From contig JACZYG010000014.1 in NCBI GenBank assembly GCA_022571215.1, positions 3,884 through 67,883 of the forward strand: a stretch of 64,000 nt of DNA, given 5' to 3'. A program made the position numbers and the translations under genes. Every line of letters starts with the position of its first letter. The stretch's first letter is position 1. This document shows positions 30,217 through 42,477 of this stretch, piece after piece. This stretch comes from Fidelibacterota bacterium (lineage in GTDB: Bacteria > Fidelibacterota > SORT01). Below the pieces are notes generated by a model. The model was given only the letters and a program-made list of their open reading frames with translations. It searched no databases and had not been told where the DNA came from.

Positions 30217-30402
30217 ATGATAACAAAAATAAGATTGTTTTTCGAAAGCGTCGTCTTTGAATTAAAGAAGGTCTCATGGCCCAGTTGGGCGGAACTCAAA
30301 GGATCAACCATTGTTGTAATCGTGTTTTCTTTGATATTGGCTGTGTTTCTTTTCGGGATCGACCGCACACTCGGCGGCGTTGTAGGATTTTTACTTCAGT
30401 AA
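30217..30402 (+). CDS. secE: Preprotein translocase subunit SecE
   Basis: ELKKVSWP motif plus one TM segment. Confidence 0.95.
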   Translation: MITKIRLFFESVVFELKKVSWPSWAELKGSTIVVIVFSLILAVFLFGIDRTLGGVVGFLLQ

Positions 30403-30407
30403 AGGTT

Positions 30408-31286
30408 ATGAATAAATTAAATAAAAAAGATGATATGCCCGAAAGGGAGGCGATCGAAGAAGCGATAGACGGTTCCACGATGGAAGACGGCACTGAAGCG
30501 GTTGACAGCGTTGCTCAGCCATCAAAAGTCAAGGCTGAAGCGGAGGAAACCGGTGTAGAAACCGAGGGTGATTCTGTTGCGGAAGAGGTGGATGATGAGC
30601 TTGATGCCGAACCGGTCGAGAAATCCGAAACCGCTCCGGAAGAATCTAAGGAAGCGGATGCCTCCCAACAGACCGACCCGGAGGTAGACGCGACATCAGA
30701 GGAAGCGTCGGAAGACGATGCTGATTCTGACGGAGAGCATAAAATTGACATCAGCCGGGCAAAGTGGTATACCATCAGAACTTTCAGCGGTCAGGAGAAG
30801 AAGGTAAGAGACTCTTTGTTAGCGAACATTCACCGGGAAGGAATGGATGACAGTATCTTCGAGGTGCTGGTTCCTACGGAGAACGTTATCGAGATGCGTG
30901 ACGGAAAGAAACGTTCGCGCGTTAAGGTGTTTTTCCCCGGTTATATTCTTGTCCAGATGGATTTGAATATAGAGACACAATTCCTGATAGAGGAAACATA
31001 CGGCGTGTTGAATTTCATCGGACCGGGTAACAGGCCTCAGCAGCTCAAAGAGAAGGAATTGAGGCGGATATTAGGCGATTCGGAAGAGCGTAAGAAGAAG
31101 AATATAATGGCTGCTCCGTACGCTGTCGGTGATTCGATTAAAGTTGTTGACGGTCCCTTCAATGATTTCTCCGGATACGTGCAGGAGATAAACGAAGAGA
31201 AACAGAAGGTCAAAGTGATGGTGTCCATATTCGGCAGAGCGACACCGGTGGAGCTTGATTTTCTTCAAGTAGCATTAGAGAAGTAG
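30408..31286 (+). CDS. nusG: Transcription factor NusG with a long acidic N-terminal extension
   Basis: KWY..SGQEKKV, FFPGY, DGPF, IFGRATPVEL; start uncertain. Confidence 0.95.
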   Translation: MNKLNKKDDMPEREAIEEAIDGSTMEDGTEAVDSVAQPSKVKAEAEETGVETEGDSVAEEVDDELDAEPVEKSETAPEESKEADASQQTDPEVDATSEEASEDDADSDGEHKIDISRAKWYTIRTFSGQEKKVRDSLLANIHREGMDDSIFEVLVPTENVIEMRDGKKRSRVKVFFPGYILVQMDLNIETQFLIEETYGVLNFIGPGNRPQQLKEKELRRILGDSEERKKKNIMAAPYAVGDSIKVVDGPFNDFSGYVQEINEEKQKVKVMVSIFGRATPVELDFLQVALEK

Positions 31287-31292
31287 AGGATT

Positions 31293-31721
31293 ATGGCAAA
31301 AAAAGTAGAAGCAGTTATTACGTTACATATCAAAGCGGGGGAAGCCTCTCCCGCGCCGCCAGTTGGACCGGCGCTCGGTCAGCATGGCTTGAACATTATG
31401 GAGTTTTGCAAGGCGTATAATGCCAAGACGGATAAGATGCGCGGATATATTATTCCCGCTAAACTCACCGTCTATTCGGATCATACGTTTTCGTTTATCA
31501 CAAAGACGCCTTTAGCATCCGATCTGCTGCTGAAAGCGGCGAAGATAGAGAAGGGTTCGGGCGAACCTAATAAGGAAAAGGTTGCGGACATCAGCAATGC
31601 AGAGGTCAAAAAGATAGCCGAGATTAAGATGGTCGATCTGAACGCGAGCGATATTGAGGCGGCGATGAAGATTATCGCAGGTACGGCTCGCAGCATGGGG
31701 ATATTAGTAGAGGGTAAATAG
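31293..31721 (+). CDS. rplK: 50S ribosomal protein L11
   Basis: [13 protein letters not shown]. Confidence 0.98.
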   Translation: MAKKVEAVITLHIKAGEASPAPPVGPALGQHGLNIMEFCKAYNAKTDKMRGYIIPAKLTVYSDHTFSFITKTPLASDLLLKAAKIEKGSGEPNKEKVADISNAEVKKIAEIKMVDLNASDIEAAMKIIAGTARSMGILVEGK

Positions 31722-32417
31722 ATGAAGCATTCGAAAAGATATAACGAAAGTTCCAAGCAGGTTGACAGATTAAGAGAGTATTCCCTGAACGATGCAGTGG
31801 ATTTATTAAAGGATTTTCCGGCAACGAAATTCGATCAAACGGTAGAAGTCGCCATTAGCCTGGGAATAGATCCCAAGCACGCGGATCAGCAGATAAGGGG
31901 CACGGTTTCTCTTCCTCACGGAATCGGGAAATCGATAAGAGTGCTCGCGATAGTCAAAGGCGAGAAGCAGAAGGAAGCGAAGGACGCGGGCGCCGACGAA
32001 GTAGGTTTTGAAGATATATTGGAAAAGATCGAAGGCGGATGGGCGGATATAGATGTCATAGTCGCCACGCCTGAGGTTATGGGTCAGCTCGGCAAATTAG
32101 GCAGGATTCTCGGTCCGAAGGGATTGATGCCGAATCCCAAGAGCGGCACGGTTACGAACGACATAGGCAAAGCGGTTAAGGAATTGAAAGCGGGCAGATT
32201 GGAGATCAGAACAGATAAGTTCGGAGCCGTCCACACCGCAGTCGGGAAGCTCTCGTTCGAGAAAGACCAGATAGCAGAGAATATCCGAAGCCTTGTCAGC
32301 ACTCTGATGCGGATGAAACCCGTAGCGTCAAAGGGCGTTTACTTTAAGAATATGACGATCTCGTCATCAATGGGTCCCGGGATTAAGGTGGAAAAGACAT
32401 CGGCGGGAGCAAAATAA
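31722..32417 (+). CDS. rplA: 50S ribosomal protein L1
   Basis: LGPKGLMPNPKSGTV. Confidence 0.98.
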   Translation: MKHSKRYNESSKQVDRLREYSLNDAVDLLKDFPATKFDQTVEVAISLGIDPKHADQQIRGTVSLPHGIGKSIRVLAIVKGEKQKEAKDAGADEVGFEDILEKIEGGWADIDVIVATPEVMGQLGKLGRILGPKGLMPNPKSGTVTNDIGKAVKELKAGRLEIRTDKFGAVHTAVGKLSFEKDQIAENIRSLVSTLMRMKPVASKGVYFKNMTISSSMGPGIKVEKTSAGAK

Positions 32418-32451
32418 GATTTGAACATTTTATTCAACGGAGAAATAATAA

Positions 32452-32970
32452 ATGCCTAATGCTCGGAAGTTAGAAATTGTAAAGGAGCTCAGTGAAAAGC
32501 TTTCCAAGGCGAAAGGGATCTATCTCGCGGATTTTGCCGGCTTGACGGTTCAGGAGGCGGTTGATTTCAGAAAGAAGCTTAAAGAGAACGGCATCGAGTA
32601 CCGTGTCGCTAAGAACACTCTGATAAAGCTTGCGGCGAAAGAGGCAAAAATCGAAGGACTTTCAGAGTATCTTGTAGGTCCAACGGGAATCGCCCTGAGT
32701 TATGATGATCCCGCGAGTCCAGCAAAGCTGATATACGATTTCGCGAAAGAAAACGAGAAGATGGATGTGAAGGCGTTCTGGATGGAAGGCGAACTGTTCG
32801 GAGCGGAGAAATTCGAGGAGGTCGCTAAATTGCCTCCGAGAAATGAGCTGCTAAGTCGTCTTATCGGCGATCTCCAGAGTCCGATGAGAACTCTTGCGGC
32901 CACTCTTCAAGCCTCTATGTCCAAATTGGTAGCGACGTTGAACGGACTGAAAGATTCGAAACAAGAATAA
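32452..32970 (+). CDS. rplJ: 50S ribosomal protein L10
   Basis: VAKNTL, GPT; operon position. Confidence 0.96.
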   Translation: MPNARKLEIVKELSEKLSKAKGIYLADFAGLTVQEAVDFRKKLKENGIEYRVAKNTLIKLAAKEAKIEGLSEYLVGPTGIALSYDDPASPAKLIYDFAKENEKMDVKAFWMEGELFGAEKFEEVAKLPPRNELLSRLIGDLQSPMRTLAATLQASMSKLVATLNGLKDSKQE

Positions 32971-33015
32971 TTAGATTTTAAATACAAACATGATAAGCAG
33001 GAGGATATACCAATA

Positions 33016-33396
33016 ATGGCAACCATCAAAAAAGATGATGTAATCTCTTACCTCGAGAAAGCGAACATGCTTGAGATCTCCGAGTTAATCGGAGATATAG
33101 AGGAAAAATTCGGAGTAACCGCAGCAGCGCCGGTAGCGGCAGCCGCGGTAGCAGGCGGAGAAGCGGGCGGAGCGGCTGAAGAAAAGACCGAGTTCGACGT
33201 TTTTCTTTCAGATATAGGTTCTCAGAAAATTCAGGTCATCAAGGCGGTCAGAGCTATGACCGATCTTGGATTGACGGAAGCGAAGGAGGTAGTTGACAAG
33301 GCTCCCGGAAATGTAATCGAGGGCGCCACGAAGGAAGACGCCGAGAAGGCAAAAGCAGCTTTAGAAGAGGCTGGCGCAACAGTAGAGCTGAAGTAA
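33016..33396 (+). CDS. rplL: 50S ribosomal protein L7/L12
   Basis: EEKFGV, Ala hinge, [15 protein letters not shown]. Confidence 0.98.
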   Translation: MATIKKDDVISYLEKANMLEISELIGDIEEKFGVTAAAPVAAAAVAGGEAGGAAEEKTEFDVFLSDIGSQKIQVIKAVRAMTDLGLTEAKEVVDKAPGNVIEGATKEDAEKAKAALEEAGATVELK

Positions 33397-33457
33397 ACAT
33401 CCGTTTCGCGCAAGAATATCTGAAGTCACAAGCGAACTATCGCAAGGAGGAACGCTC

Positions 33458-36400
33458 TTGAAAAGAGTAAAGGGTCAATTCTTGACTCGGCAGTCCTTTG
33501 CAAAGATTCCGGTTTCTGTTGATATGCCGAATCTTCTTGACATTCAGCTGCTATCGTACGAGGAATTTTTACAGCAGAATGTTAAACCCGAGAATAGGGA
33601 GAATAAAGGACTACAAGCCGTATTTGAGACAGTATTTCCAATTGAGGACAATCAAGGCAATTTTAAGATTGAATTTATAAATTATTTTGTAACCAGCCCT
33701 AAGTACACGGTTGAAGAGTGCCAGGACAGAGGAATGAGTTACAGCGCGCCGCTGAAAGCGAATCTTCGACTGACGGTTGCAAGCGAAGAAGATAAGAACG
33801 TGGTCGCCGAAGTTATCGAGCAGGAGGTCTTCTTCGGAAATGTTCCTTATATGACAGACAGGGGAACGTTCATCATCAATGGCGCCGAAAGAGTTATCGT
33901 CAGCCAGCTGCATCGTTCACCGGGAGTGTTCTTCGACCAGAGCATCCATCCGAACGGAACACGGTTGTTTTCAGCGAGGATCATACCTTTCCGCGGTTCG
34001 TGGGTGGATTTCACCACGGATATAAACGACGCGCTCTTCGCTTTGATAGACAGGCGAAAGAAATTTCCCGTAACGACTCTGTTGCGCGCGATCGGCTATT
34101 CGAGCAACGCCGATATTCTCGAGTTATTCGGTATGGCAAAAGAGCTCAAGGTAGGCTCTAAGAACATTGCCGATCATTACGAATCCGCAATTGCAGAAAA
34201 TATAATCAATAAGGAGACGGGGGAAATACTCGCGGAGGCGGGAACTCCTCTCAGCGAAGAGGTCGTTGCTATTCTGAAGAAAGAGAAGGTAAAAACCGTT
34301 ACCATCTTCGATCCTACAAACGAGAAAGACGCTGAGGTCATCGCCAACACACTCAAGAAGGATACATCCACCGACGAGGAATCGGCGCTTCGGCTTATCT
34401 ATAAACAACTGAGATCCGGGGAACCGCCGAATATCGAGACTGCCAGGAAATTCGTTGACAGGCTCTTCTTCAGTCCGGCGAAATACGATCTCGGAAGCGT
34501 CGGCAGGTACCGTATAAACAGAAGGTTTGATCTTAAAACGTCTGACGACGTAACGGTTCTCACCAGAGAAGATATTGTCGCGATAATTAAACATCTGATG
34601 GAAGTCAAGAAGGGCAACGAACCTACAGACGATATCGATCATTTAGGAAACAGGCGGATAAAGACCGTCGGAGAACAGCTGAGCAATCAGTTCAGCATTG
34701 CTTTTGCGCGTACCGCAAGGACAATTAAGGAAAGGATGAACGTAACGGACAGCGAAACGCTGACTCCTTCCGACCTTATAAACTCGCGGATAATCACATC
34801 GGTTGTGAATACGTTCTTTGGAACGAGTCAACTCTCGCAGTTTATGGATCAGACAAATCCGCTTTCGGAATTGACTCATAAGAGGCGTCTGAGCGCGCTC
34901 GGACCGGGTGGATTGACGAGAGAACGGGCAGGATTCGAAGTTAGAGATATTCATTATACTCACTACGGCAGGCTCTGTCCGATCGAGACTCCGGAAGGTC
35001 CGAATATCGGTCTGATCTCCTCGCTTTGCACATTCGCAAGGATAAATCAGTTAGGTTTCATCGAGACTCCGTATATGCAGGTCAGGCATAACGGCAGATC
35101 GCGAGTAACGAAGAAAGTCCAATTTCTTTCAGCCGACGACGAAGATAAAATGATGATAGCTCAGGCAAATGCTCCTTTAAGTGAAAAGGGAGAGTTTTTG
35201 GAGCCGACCACCCGTGTGAGATTGCGGGCGGACTATCCTCTTGTGGATGTTAAATCCGTAAAATATATGGATGTCGCACCCCAGCAGATTGTCAGCGCCG
35301 CCGCGGCGTTGATACCGTTCTTAGAGCATGACGATGCCAACCGCGCGCTCATGGGTTCAAATATGCAGCGACAAGGAGTTCCGTTGTTAAGACCGGGCAC
35401 TCCGATAGTAGGAACCGGAATGGAGCGGATAGTGGCGATAGATTCCAAGGCGGTCGTGCTTTCTGACGTTGCCGGAGTCGTTCAAAGCGTAACGGCGGAT
35501 AAAATAGTCGTACGCAGAGATATTTCCGAGTCTGAAGCGCTTCACCAGATAACCGATGAAGGGGTAAGGGAGTTCGATCTCATCAAATTCCTTCGGACGA
35601 ACCAGGACACATGCGTGAATCAGAAGCCATTGGTCAAGGTCGGTGACAAGATAAAGGTCGGTGATATTCTTGCCGACGGCGCCGCAACCGAAAAAGGCGA
35701 GCTGGCGCTCGGACAGAACGTCCTGGTCGCCTTCATGCCATGGAGAGGCTATAATTACGAAGACGCAATTGTCGTAAGCAAGCGGCTTGCGAGAGACGAT
35801 ATCTATACTTCCATACATATTGAAGAATACGAGATCCAGGTCAGAGACACCAAAAGAGGCGAGGAAGAGCTCACGAGGGAGATTCCTAACGTGAGCGAAG
35901 AAGCCACGATGGATTTAGACGATAGCGGTGTTATAAGGATGGGAGCTGAAGTCGAACCCGGAACTATTTTAGTGGGTAAGGTCACTCCCAAAGGCGAGAC
36001 CGATCCCACGCCGGAAGAAAAGCTCCTCAAAGCCATCTTCGGCGAGAAGGCGGGCGATGTGAAGGACGCATCGCTGAAAGCCTCACCGGGCGTTCATGGC
36101 GTAGTCGTAGACACCAAAGTATTCACGCGCCGGAGCAGAGATTTCAAACAGGAAGAGAAGAAGAAAGCGGCGAAGATAAGGCTTGAATTCAATAGACGTT
36201 TAAAATGGCTTCGCGAACTCCGTAACGTAAAATTGACTAAGATTTTAGAAGGCCAGAAAAGCATGAGTCTACGTGACGTTGAAACCGGCAAGAGCGTTCT
36301 GAAAGCCGGTCTCGAATATACCGCCGAGCGAATTGAAGCGGTAGATTTCGACAATGTCAGCAAGGACAACCCCTGGACCGACAATGAAAAAGCCAATGAA

Positions 36401-37234
36401 TCCGCCTTCAAATTGATGGGGAACTATGAAGCGAAAGTTGCCGGAATAGTTGAAGAAAGGGAGAGAGAGACATTCAAGCTCAAGGCGGGTGACGATCTTC
36501 CCCCCGGAATAATTCAATTGGTAAAAGTTTATATCGCCTCCAAGCGGAAGATATCCGTAGGTGATAAGATGGCAGGCCGCCACGGCAACAAGGGCGTAGT
36601 CGCGGAGATAGTTCCAATAGAGGATATGCCTCACCTTAAAGACGGCACGCCGATAGATATGATCCTTAATCCGTTGGGCGTTCCCTCGCGCATGAACTTA
36701 GGGCAGATATACGAAACTCTGCTCGGTTACGCAGGATATAAACTCGGAAAGTATTATGAGACTCCCGTGTTCGACGGCGCGCAAGCTTCCGAGGTACAGG
36801 ACGAGTTGAAGAAAGCGGGAATCGCTGAGGACGGCAAGACGGAGCTTTATGACGGAATCACGGGTGAGAAATTCGATCAGAGGGTGACGGTAGGAATGAT
36901 ATATATGCTGAAGCTCTCGCATCTTGTGGACGATAAAATGCATGCACGTTCAACCGGTCCCTATTCGCTTATCACTCAGCAACCGCTCGGCGGTAAGGCG
37001 CAGTTCGGCGGACAGCGATTCGGAGAAATGGAAGTATGGGCGCTTGAAGCTTACGGAGCGGCTCACACTTTACAGGAGATGTTGACCGTCAAATCCGATG
37101 ATGTCGAAGGCAGATCAAAGACTTACGAGGCTCTGGTCAAGGGTCAGAACCTGCCTGAGGCGGGCATCCCCGAATCGTTCAACGTGCTGTTACGGGAGCT
37201 GATGGCTTTGGGATTAGACATTGAACTCAGATAA
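33458..37234 (+). CDS. rpoB: RNA polymerase beta subunit
   Basis: [35 protein letters not shown]; TTG start. Confidence 0.99.
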   Translation: MKRVKGQFLTRQSFAKIPVSVDMPNLLDIQLLSYEEFLQQNVKPENRENKGLQAVFETVFPIEDNQGNFKIEFINYFVTSPKYTVEECQDRGMSYSAPLKANLRLTVASEEDKNVVAEVIEQEVFFGNVPYMTDRGTFIINGAERVIVSQLHRSPGVFFDQSIHPNGTRLFSARIIPFRGSWVDFTTDINDALFALIDRRKKFPVTTLLRAIGYSSNADILELFGMAKELKVGSKNIADHYESAIAENIINKETGEILAEAGTPLSEEVVAILKKEKVKTVTIFDPTNEKDAEVIANTLKKDTSTDEESALRLIYKQLRSGEPPNIETARKFVDRLFFSPAKYDLGSVGRYRINRRFDLKTSDDVTVLTREDIVAIIKHLMEVKKGNEPTDDIDHLGNRRIKTVGEQLSNQFSIAFARTARTIKERMNVTDSETLTPSDLINSRIITSVVNTFFGTSQLSQFMDQTNPLSELTHKRRLSALGPGGLTRERAGFEVRDIHYTHYGRLCPIETPEGPNIGLISSLCTFARINQLGFIETPYMQVRHNGRSRVTKKVQFLSADDEDKMMIAQANAPLSEKGEFLEPTTRVRLRADYPLVDVKSVKYMDVAPQQIVSAAAALIPFLEHDDANRALMGSNMQRQGVPLLRPGTPIVGTGMERIVAIDSKAVVLSDVAGVVQSVTADKIVVRRDISESEALHQITDEGVREFDLIKFLRTNQDTCVNQKPLVKVGDKIKVGDILADGAATEKGELALGQNVLVAFMPWRGYNYEDAIVVSKRLARDDIYTSIHIEEYEIQVRDTKRGEEELTREIPNVSEEATMDLDDSGVIRMGAEVEPGTILVGKVTPKGETDPTPEEKLLKAIFGEKAGDVKDASLKASPGVHGVVVDTKVFTRRSRDFKQEEKKKAAKIRLEFNRRLKWLRELRNVKLTKILEGQKSMSLRDVETGKSVLKAGLEYTAERIEAVDFDNVSKDNPWTDNEKANESAFKLMGNYEAKVAGIVEERERETFKLKAGDDLPPGIIQLVKVYIASKRKISVGDKMAGRHGNKGVVAEIVPIEDMPHLKDGTPIDMILNPLGVPSRMNLGQIYETLLGYAGYKLGKYYETPVFDGAQASEVQDELKKAGIAEDGKTELYDGITGEKFDQRVTVGMIYMLKLSHLVDDKMHARSTGPYSLITQQPLGGKAQFGGQRFGEMEVWALEAYGAAHTLQEMLTVKSDDVEGRSKTYEALVKGQNLPEAGIPESFNVLLRELMALGLDIELR

Positions 37235-37273
37235 ATATGATTATGACGCTGATTTACCCCTTAGGAGGATAGT

Positions 37274-40200
37274 TTGGCATATATAAAACCACGACAGGCG
37301 AAGTTCAAAGAAGAATTCACTGAAATAATAATTTCACTCGCTTCACCTGATGCAATACTTTCACGTTCTTACGGTGAGGTACTCAAGCCGGAGACGATCA
37401 ACTACCGTACTTATAAGCCGGAAAAGGACGGACTCTTTTGCGAGAAGATTTTCGGTCCGGTGAAGGATTGGGAGTGTCATTGCGGAAAATATAAGAGACC
37501 GCGTTATAAAGGAATAATTTGTGACCGGTGCGGAGTTGAGATAACCCGCAAGAAAGTCCGAAGAGAGCGGATGGGACATATCACTTTAGCGGTACCGATA
37601 GTCCACATCTGGTATCTCCGCTCGATACCGAGCAAGATCAGTTACGTTCTGGGGATGTCGGTCAAAGAGCTCGAGAAGATAGTCTATTATGAGAACTACG
37701 TTGTCGTAGCTATCGGCAGGACGACATTAGAAAAAAATCAGCTCCTTACCGAAGATGAATATAATGAGGTTCTTGAAAAATACGGTGAAGAGATAGAGGA
37801 AGGCGATGAACCGCTGATAGTCGAAACGGGCGGTGACGCTATCCGTAAAATGCTGTCAATTATAGAGGTACCGGTGCTTATGGCGGAGTTGCATGAAAAA
37901 GTCATGACCGAAACTTCCGTTCAACGGAAGACAGACGCGCTCAAACGGCTTCGCGTAGTAAAATCCTTCGCTGAAAAAGAAGGCAAGAAGTTGAATAAGC
38001 CCGAGTGGATGGTGATGAACATAATTCCTGTCATACCTCCGGAACTCAGGCCTCTCGTGCCTCTTGACGGCGGCAGGTTTGCCACGAGCGATCTGAACGA
38101 TCTGTATCGCCGTGTCATCATTCGCAACAATCGTCTGAAGCAGCTCATGGAGATACGCGCTCCTGAGGTCATTTTGAGAAACGAAAAACGGATGCTTCAG
38201 GAAGCGGTGGATTCACTTTTTGACAACTCACGCAGACGCACGGCAGTGAGAAGCGGCACCCGAAGACTGCTCAAGAGCCTTTCGGATATGCTCAAGGGCA
38301 AGCAGGGGAGGTTCCGCCAGAACCTGCTCGGAAAACGAGTTGATTATTCGGGACGTTCCGTAATTGTTGTCGGACCTGATCTGCAGCTGCATCAGTGCGG
38401 ACTGCCGAAAGAGATGGCGATAGAGCTCTTCAAGCCGTTCATCATCAACAAACTCATCGAACACGGTTATCAGAATACCGTCAAGGGCGCAAAAAGGATG
38501 GTCGAGAGGAAAGATCCTCAGATATGGGATGTATTGGAAGAGGTGATCGAAGATCATCCGATTCTTCTCAATCGCGCGCCTACGCTGCACAGGCTCGGTA
38601 TACAGGCGTTTCAACCTGTTCTTGTCGAGGGGAGGGCTATTCGAATTCATCCTTTAGTCACTACGGCGTTTAACGCCGACTTTGACGGTGACCAGATGGC
38701 AGTGCATATTCCGCTTTCTGTTGAAGCTCAGCTCGAAGCGCGCGTGTTGATGCTTTCGAGTCACAATATTCTCTCTCCCGCGCACGGTATGCCTATCGCG
38801 CTGCCTTCACAGGATATGGTATTGGGATGCTACTATTTGACGAAGACTCTTCCGGGCGCAAAGGGCGAGGGTATGGTGCTCAGCTCTCCGTCGGAAGCGG
38901 TAATCGCCTATGACCACAAAGAGATAGCGTTACATGCCATTATAAAGGTGCGGATGAACGGCGAACTCGTTGAGACGACCGTCGGCAGGGTTATCTTCAA
39001 CGCTATTGTTCCGAAAGAATTGGAGTATGTCAACAGGGTGGTCACCAAAAAGCATCTTGAAAAGGTGGTGGGTGAGGCATTCAGGCTGTCGGGCAACTAT
39101 GCGACAGTGAAATTCCTTGACGGATTAAAGAGACTCGGCTTCGAACATGCGACAATGGCCGGAATCTCGTTCGGTCTCGACGATGTGGTCATCCCGCCCG
39201 AGAAGGATAAATTGGTGGAAGACGCGCGTAAACAGGTTGATCAGATCATGGCGCAATATGATGCGGAGATCATTACAGACGGCGAACGGTATAATAAAGT
39301 AATTGATATCTGGACGTCCACGAGTTTGAAGATCGGGGACGCTATGATGACCCACCTCAAAGAAGCGGATCATGGATTTAATCCGGTCTACATGATGTCC
39401 GATTCGGGAGCGAGAGGAAACAAGGAGCAGATCCGGCAGTTAGCCGGTATGCGCGGTCTGATGGCGAAACCGCAGAAGAGTCTAACCGGCGGCACCGGTG
39501 AGATCATCGAAAATCCGATCACATCGAACTTCAAAGAAGGGCTTACGGTGCTCGAATACTTTATATCCACTCATGGAGCGAGAAAAGGACTTGCTGATAC
39601 GGCGTTGAAAACGGCCGATGCGGGTTATCTGACGCGGCGTTTGGTTGACGTCGCCCAGGACATGGTATTACTCGAGGAGGATTGCAAGACTATCCGAGGC
39701 ATTTCGGTCTCGGCGCTTAAAGAGGGTGAAGAGGTCAAAGAGCTTCTTAAAGACAGAGTTCTTGGAAGAGTTTCGCTTGATGACGTATACGATCCGATAA
39801 CGGAAGATTTTATCGTAGGCGCAGGCAAAGAGATAGACGAAGCGATTGCCGAGCAAATTGAGAAGAGTTCGGTAGAAACCATGTCAATACGTTCAGCGTT
39901 GACCTGCGAAGCCAAACGCGGTCTTTGCATTCGCTGCTATGGTCGAAATCTCACCACAGGAAAGATGGCGAACATCGGCGAGGCGGTAGGCATCATGGCT
40001 GCCCAGAGTATCGGTGAGCCGGGAACGCAGTTGACTCTTCGTACGTTCCACGTCGGCGGTATCGCAAGCGTCATCGCAGCCAGAACCGAGATGAACGCCA
40101 AGGTGGCTGGAATAATCAAATACGACAAGGCTCTCAAGGTTACAGAAAAGAGAAAAGAGGGAAGGATAGCCCTTACAAGAAACTCCAAGATCCATATTAT

Positions 40201-41530
40201 AAACAAAAACGGTCAAAATCTTGTGAACTATAATGTTCCTTATGGAGCTGGAGTCCTCAAGAAAGACGGCGATTTGATAGAAAAGGATGAAGTGATATTC
40301 AAATGGGATCCGGACATGGATGTCATTCTTGCTCCTGAAGACGGCAATGTCAAATTCCAAGAGATAATTGATGGACAGACGATGCGTGAGGAATCTGATG
40401 AAGCGGGTCGTAAGCAACGTTTTATCATTGAATCCAGAGACAAGAAATTGTCGCCGAAGATAGAGATAGTCAATAAAGGGAAGGAGTCTTCTTCCAGTTC
40501 AAGAATCCCCGTTCGTTCACAGCTCATGGTAGTTGATGGACAGATGGTGGCACAGGGTGATATTCTTATCAAGAAGCGTCGCGAAAGCAGGAAAGCCGGA
40601 GATATTACCGGTGGTCTTCCGAGAGTCGCGGAACTGTTCGAGGCGAGACAGCCTAAAGAACCGGCTGTTGTAACGGAAATTGACGGTGTCGTCAGCTACG
40701 GTAAATTGAAAAGAGGCGTACAGGAGATCTACATTAACGAGGGAAAAGAAGAGGACGAGAAGAAATATAATGTTCCTTACGGAAAGCATATTCTTGTCCA
40801 TCCCGGCGATATCGTTGTGGCAGGCGAGGCATTGTCCGAAGGCTCGATCGTGCCGCAGGATATTCTAAGCATTCTCGGACCCGGCAGGGTGCAGGAGTAT
40901 TTAGTTGACGAAATTCAAGCCGTTTACCGGTTCCAGGATGTGCGTATCAACGATAAGCATATCGAGGTCATAGTCCGGCAGATGATGCAGAAACTCGAAG
41001 TAAAAGACCCGGGCGATACCGATTATCTCGAAGGTGACCGCGTGAATAAGGTGGATTTCCTTAATGAGAACAATAAGATGGAAGGGATCGTGGTTATTAC
41101 CGATTCGGGCGACTCAAAAATAGCCGTCGGCGAGGTATTGGATAAAGAACGCTTTAAACAAACCAACGAGCGTTTGAAGAAGGTAAAGAAAGCTCCGATG
41201 AAATCCCGCCCAGCTAAACAGGCAACCTCTAAACCGCTGCTTCTCGGGATTACGAGAGCATCGCTTAATACGGACAGCTTTATCTCCGCCGCTTCATTCC
41301 AGGAGACGACAAGAGTGCTCACCGATGCGGCTGTCGCAAGTAAGGTAGATCCGCTGAGAGGGTTGAAAGAGAGCGTTATAATGGGACGGTTGATACCCGC
41401 CGGAACGGGTACCATAAACACGAAGGATATGGAACTGATTGTCGAAGATGATATTGAAACGGGCGTCAGCGAACAGATATCCGAATTGGAAGAAAGGGAA
41501 GCTGATGGAGTGGAAGAAAAAAGTCTGTAA
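37274..41530 (+). CDS. rpoC: RNA polymerase beta-prime subunit
   Basis: [21 protein letters not shown]; TTG start. Confidence 0.99.
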   Translation: MAYIKPRQAKFKEEFTEIIISLASPDAILSRSYGEVLKPETINYRTYKPEKDGLFCEKIFGPVKDWECHCGKYKRPRYKGIICDRCGVEITRKKVRRERMGHITLAVPIVHIWYLRSIPSKISYVLGMSVKELEKIVYYENYVVVAIGRTTLEKNQLLTEDEYNEVLEKYGEEIEEGDEPLIVETGGDAIRKMLSIIEVPVLMAELHEKVMTETSVQRKTDALKRLRVVKSFAEKEGKKLNKPEWMVMNIIPVIPPELRPLVPLDGGRFATSDLNDLYRRVIIRNNRLKQLMEIRAPEVILRNEKRMLQEAVDSLFDNSRRRTAVRSGTRRLLKSLSDMLKGKQGRFRQNLLGKRVDYSGRSVIVVGPDLQLHQCGLPKEMAIELFKPFIINKLIEHGYQNTVKGAKRMVERKDPQIWDVLEEVIEDHPILLNRAPTLHRLGIQAFQPVLVEGRAIRIHPLVTTAFNADFDGDQMAVHIPLSVEAQLEARVLMLSSHNILSPAHGMPIALPSQDMVLGCYYLTKTLPGAKGEGMVLSSPSEAVIAYDHKEIALHAIIKVRMNGELVETTVGRVIFNAIVPKELEYVNRVVTKKHLEKVVGEAFRLSGNYATVKFLDGLKRLGFEHATMAGISFGLDDVVIPPEKDKLVEDARKQVDQIMAQYDAEIITDGERYNKVIDIWTSTSLKIGDAMMTHLKEADHGFNPVYMMSDSGARGNKEQIRQLAGMRGLMAKPQKSLTGGTGEIIENPITSNFKEGLTVLEYFISTHGARKGLADTALKTADAGYLTRRLVDVAQDMVLLEEDCKTIRGISVSALKEGEEVKELLKDRVLGRVSLDDVYDPITEDFIVGAGKEIDEAIAEQIEKSSVETMSIRSALTCEAKRGLCIRCYGRNLTTGKMANIGEAVGIMAAQSIGEPGTQLTLRTFHVGGIASVIAARTEMNAKVAGIIKYDKALKVTEKRKEGRIALTRNSKIHIINKNGQNLVNYNVPYGAGVLKKDGDLIEKDEVIFKWDPDMDVILAPEDGNVKFQEIIDGQTMREESDEAGRKQRFIIESRDKKLSPKIEIVNKGKESSSSSRIPVRSQLMVVDGQMVAQGDILIKKRRESRKAGDITGGLPRVAELFEARQPKEPAVVTEIDGVVSYGKLKRGVQEIYINEGKEEDEKKYNVPYGKHILVHPGDIVVAGEALSEGSIVPQDILSILGPGRVQEYLVDEIQAVYRFQDVRINDKHIEVIVRQMMQKLEVKDPGDTDYLEGDRVNKVDFLNENNKMEGIVVITDSGDSKIAVGEVLDKERFKQTNERLKKVKKAPMKSRPAKQATSKPLLLGITRASLNTDSFISAASFQETTRVLTDAAVASKVDPLRGLKESVIMGRLIPAGTGTINTKDMELIVEDDIETGVSEQISELEEREADGVEEKSL

Positions 41531-41545
41531 GTCGTCTAAAAAAGG

Positions 41546-41573
41546 TTGACAATAATGTTTATTCTATTACCTT
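41546..41573 (+). promoter_or_regulatory. Probable sigma70 promoter of rpsL
   Basis: TTGACA, 16 bp, TACCTT. Confidence 0.55.
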
Positions 41574-41610
41574 TAATCGGCTTTACAAGAAATGAATAAT
41601 AAAGGATGAT

Positions 41611-41985
41611 ATGCCGACAATAAGTCAATTGATTAGAAAAGGTCGTTCGACGAAGAAGAAGAAAACTTCGGCGCCGGCGCTTGCTGGTTCCCCTCAAAAA
41701 AGGGGCGTTTGCACGCGTGTTTACACCACCACTCCTAAGAAACCGAATTCAGCGCTCAGAAAAGTGGCGAGAGTTCGTCTGACCAACGGTTTTGAAGTGA
41801 CCGCCTACATACCGGGTGAAGGACACAACCTTCAAGAACACTCTATCGTGCTCATCGAAGGCGGAAGGGTCAAAGACCTCCCGGGAGTAAGGTATCATAT
41901 CATCCGCGGCACGCTCGACACGAGCGGAGTGAGCGACAGAAAAACCAGCCGGTCGCGATACGGCACAAAAAAGCCGAAGGCATAA
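41611..41985 (+). CDS. rpsL: 30S ribosomal protein S12
   Basis: [18 protein letters not shown]. Confidence 0.99.
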   Translation: MPTISQLIRKGRSTKKKKTSAPALAGSPQKRGVCTRVYTTTPKKPNSALRKVARVRLTNGFEVTAYIPGEGHNLQEHSIVLIEGGRVKDLPGVRYHIIRGTLDTSGVSDRKTSRSRYGTKKPKA

Positions 41986-41988
41986 GAT

Positions 41989-42462
41989 ATGGCGAGACGA
42001 AGAAGACCGGAAAAACGCGTGATACTTCCCGATCCGAGATTTAACGATCTTGTGATCAGTAAGTTCATAAACAACCTGATGCTTAAAGGTAAAAAGAGCA
42101 TAGCCGAAAAAATCTTTTATGAATCTCTCGAAATCATAAAAGGCAAGCTCAAGACCGACACGCCGGAAGACGTATTCAAAAAGGCTCTCGAAAACGCCAC
42201 ACCGATGTTGGAAGTACGTTCACGCAGGATCGGAGGTTCGACCTATCAGGTGCCGATCGAGGTCAATCCGAAGAGAAAACAGGCATTGGCAATGAGATGG
42301 CTGATAGATTTCTCACGATCCGGCAGCGGCAAAAGCATGGCGATTAAACTCGCAAATGAATTGATCTCCGCCTCAAAGAACGAAGGCTCGACTATTGAGA
42401 AGAAGCGGAACACGCATAAGATGGCTGAGGCGAACAAGGCGTTTGCCCACTTTAGAATTTAA
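41989..42462 (+). CDS. rpsG: 30S ribosomal protein S7
   Basis: RRIGGSTYQVP, HKMAEANKAF. Confidence 0.98.
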   Translation: MARRRRPEKRVILPDPRFNDLVISKFINNLMLKGKKSIAEKIFYESLEIIKGKLKTDTPEDVFKKALENATPMLEVRSRRIGGSTYQVPIEVNPKRKQALAMRWLIDFSRSGSGKSMAIKLANELISASKNEGSTIEKKRNTHKMAEANKAFAHFRI

Positions 42463-42477
42463 GAGAATAAAGGAATA

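Noticed and set aside
30160-30407. Longer starts for secE (30160) and nusG (30276)
   Set aside because: They overlap tRNA-Trp and secE respectively; ATGs at 30217 and 30408 fit better.
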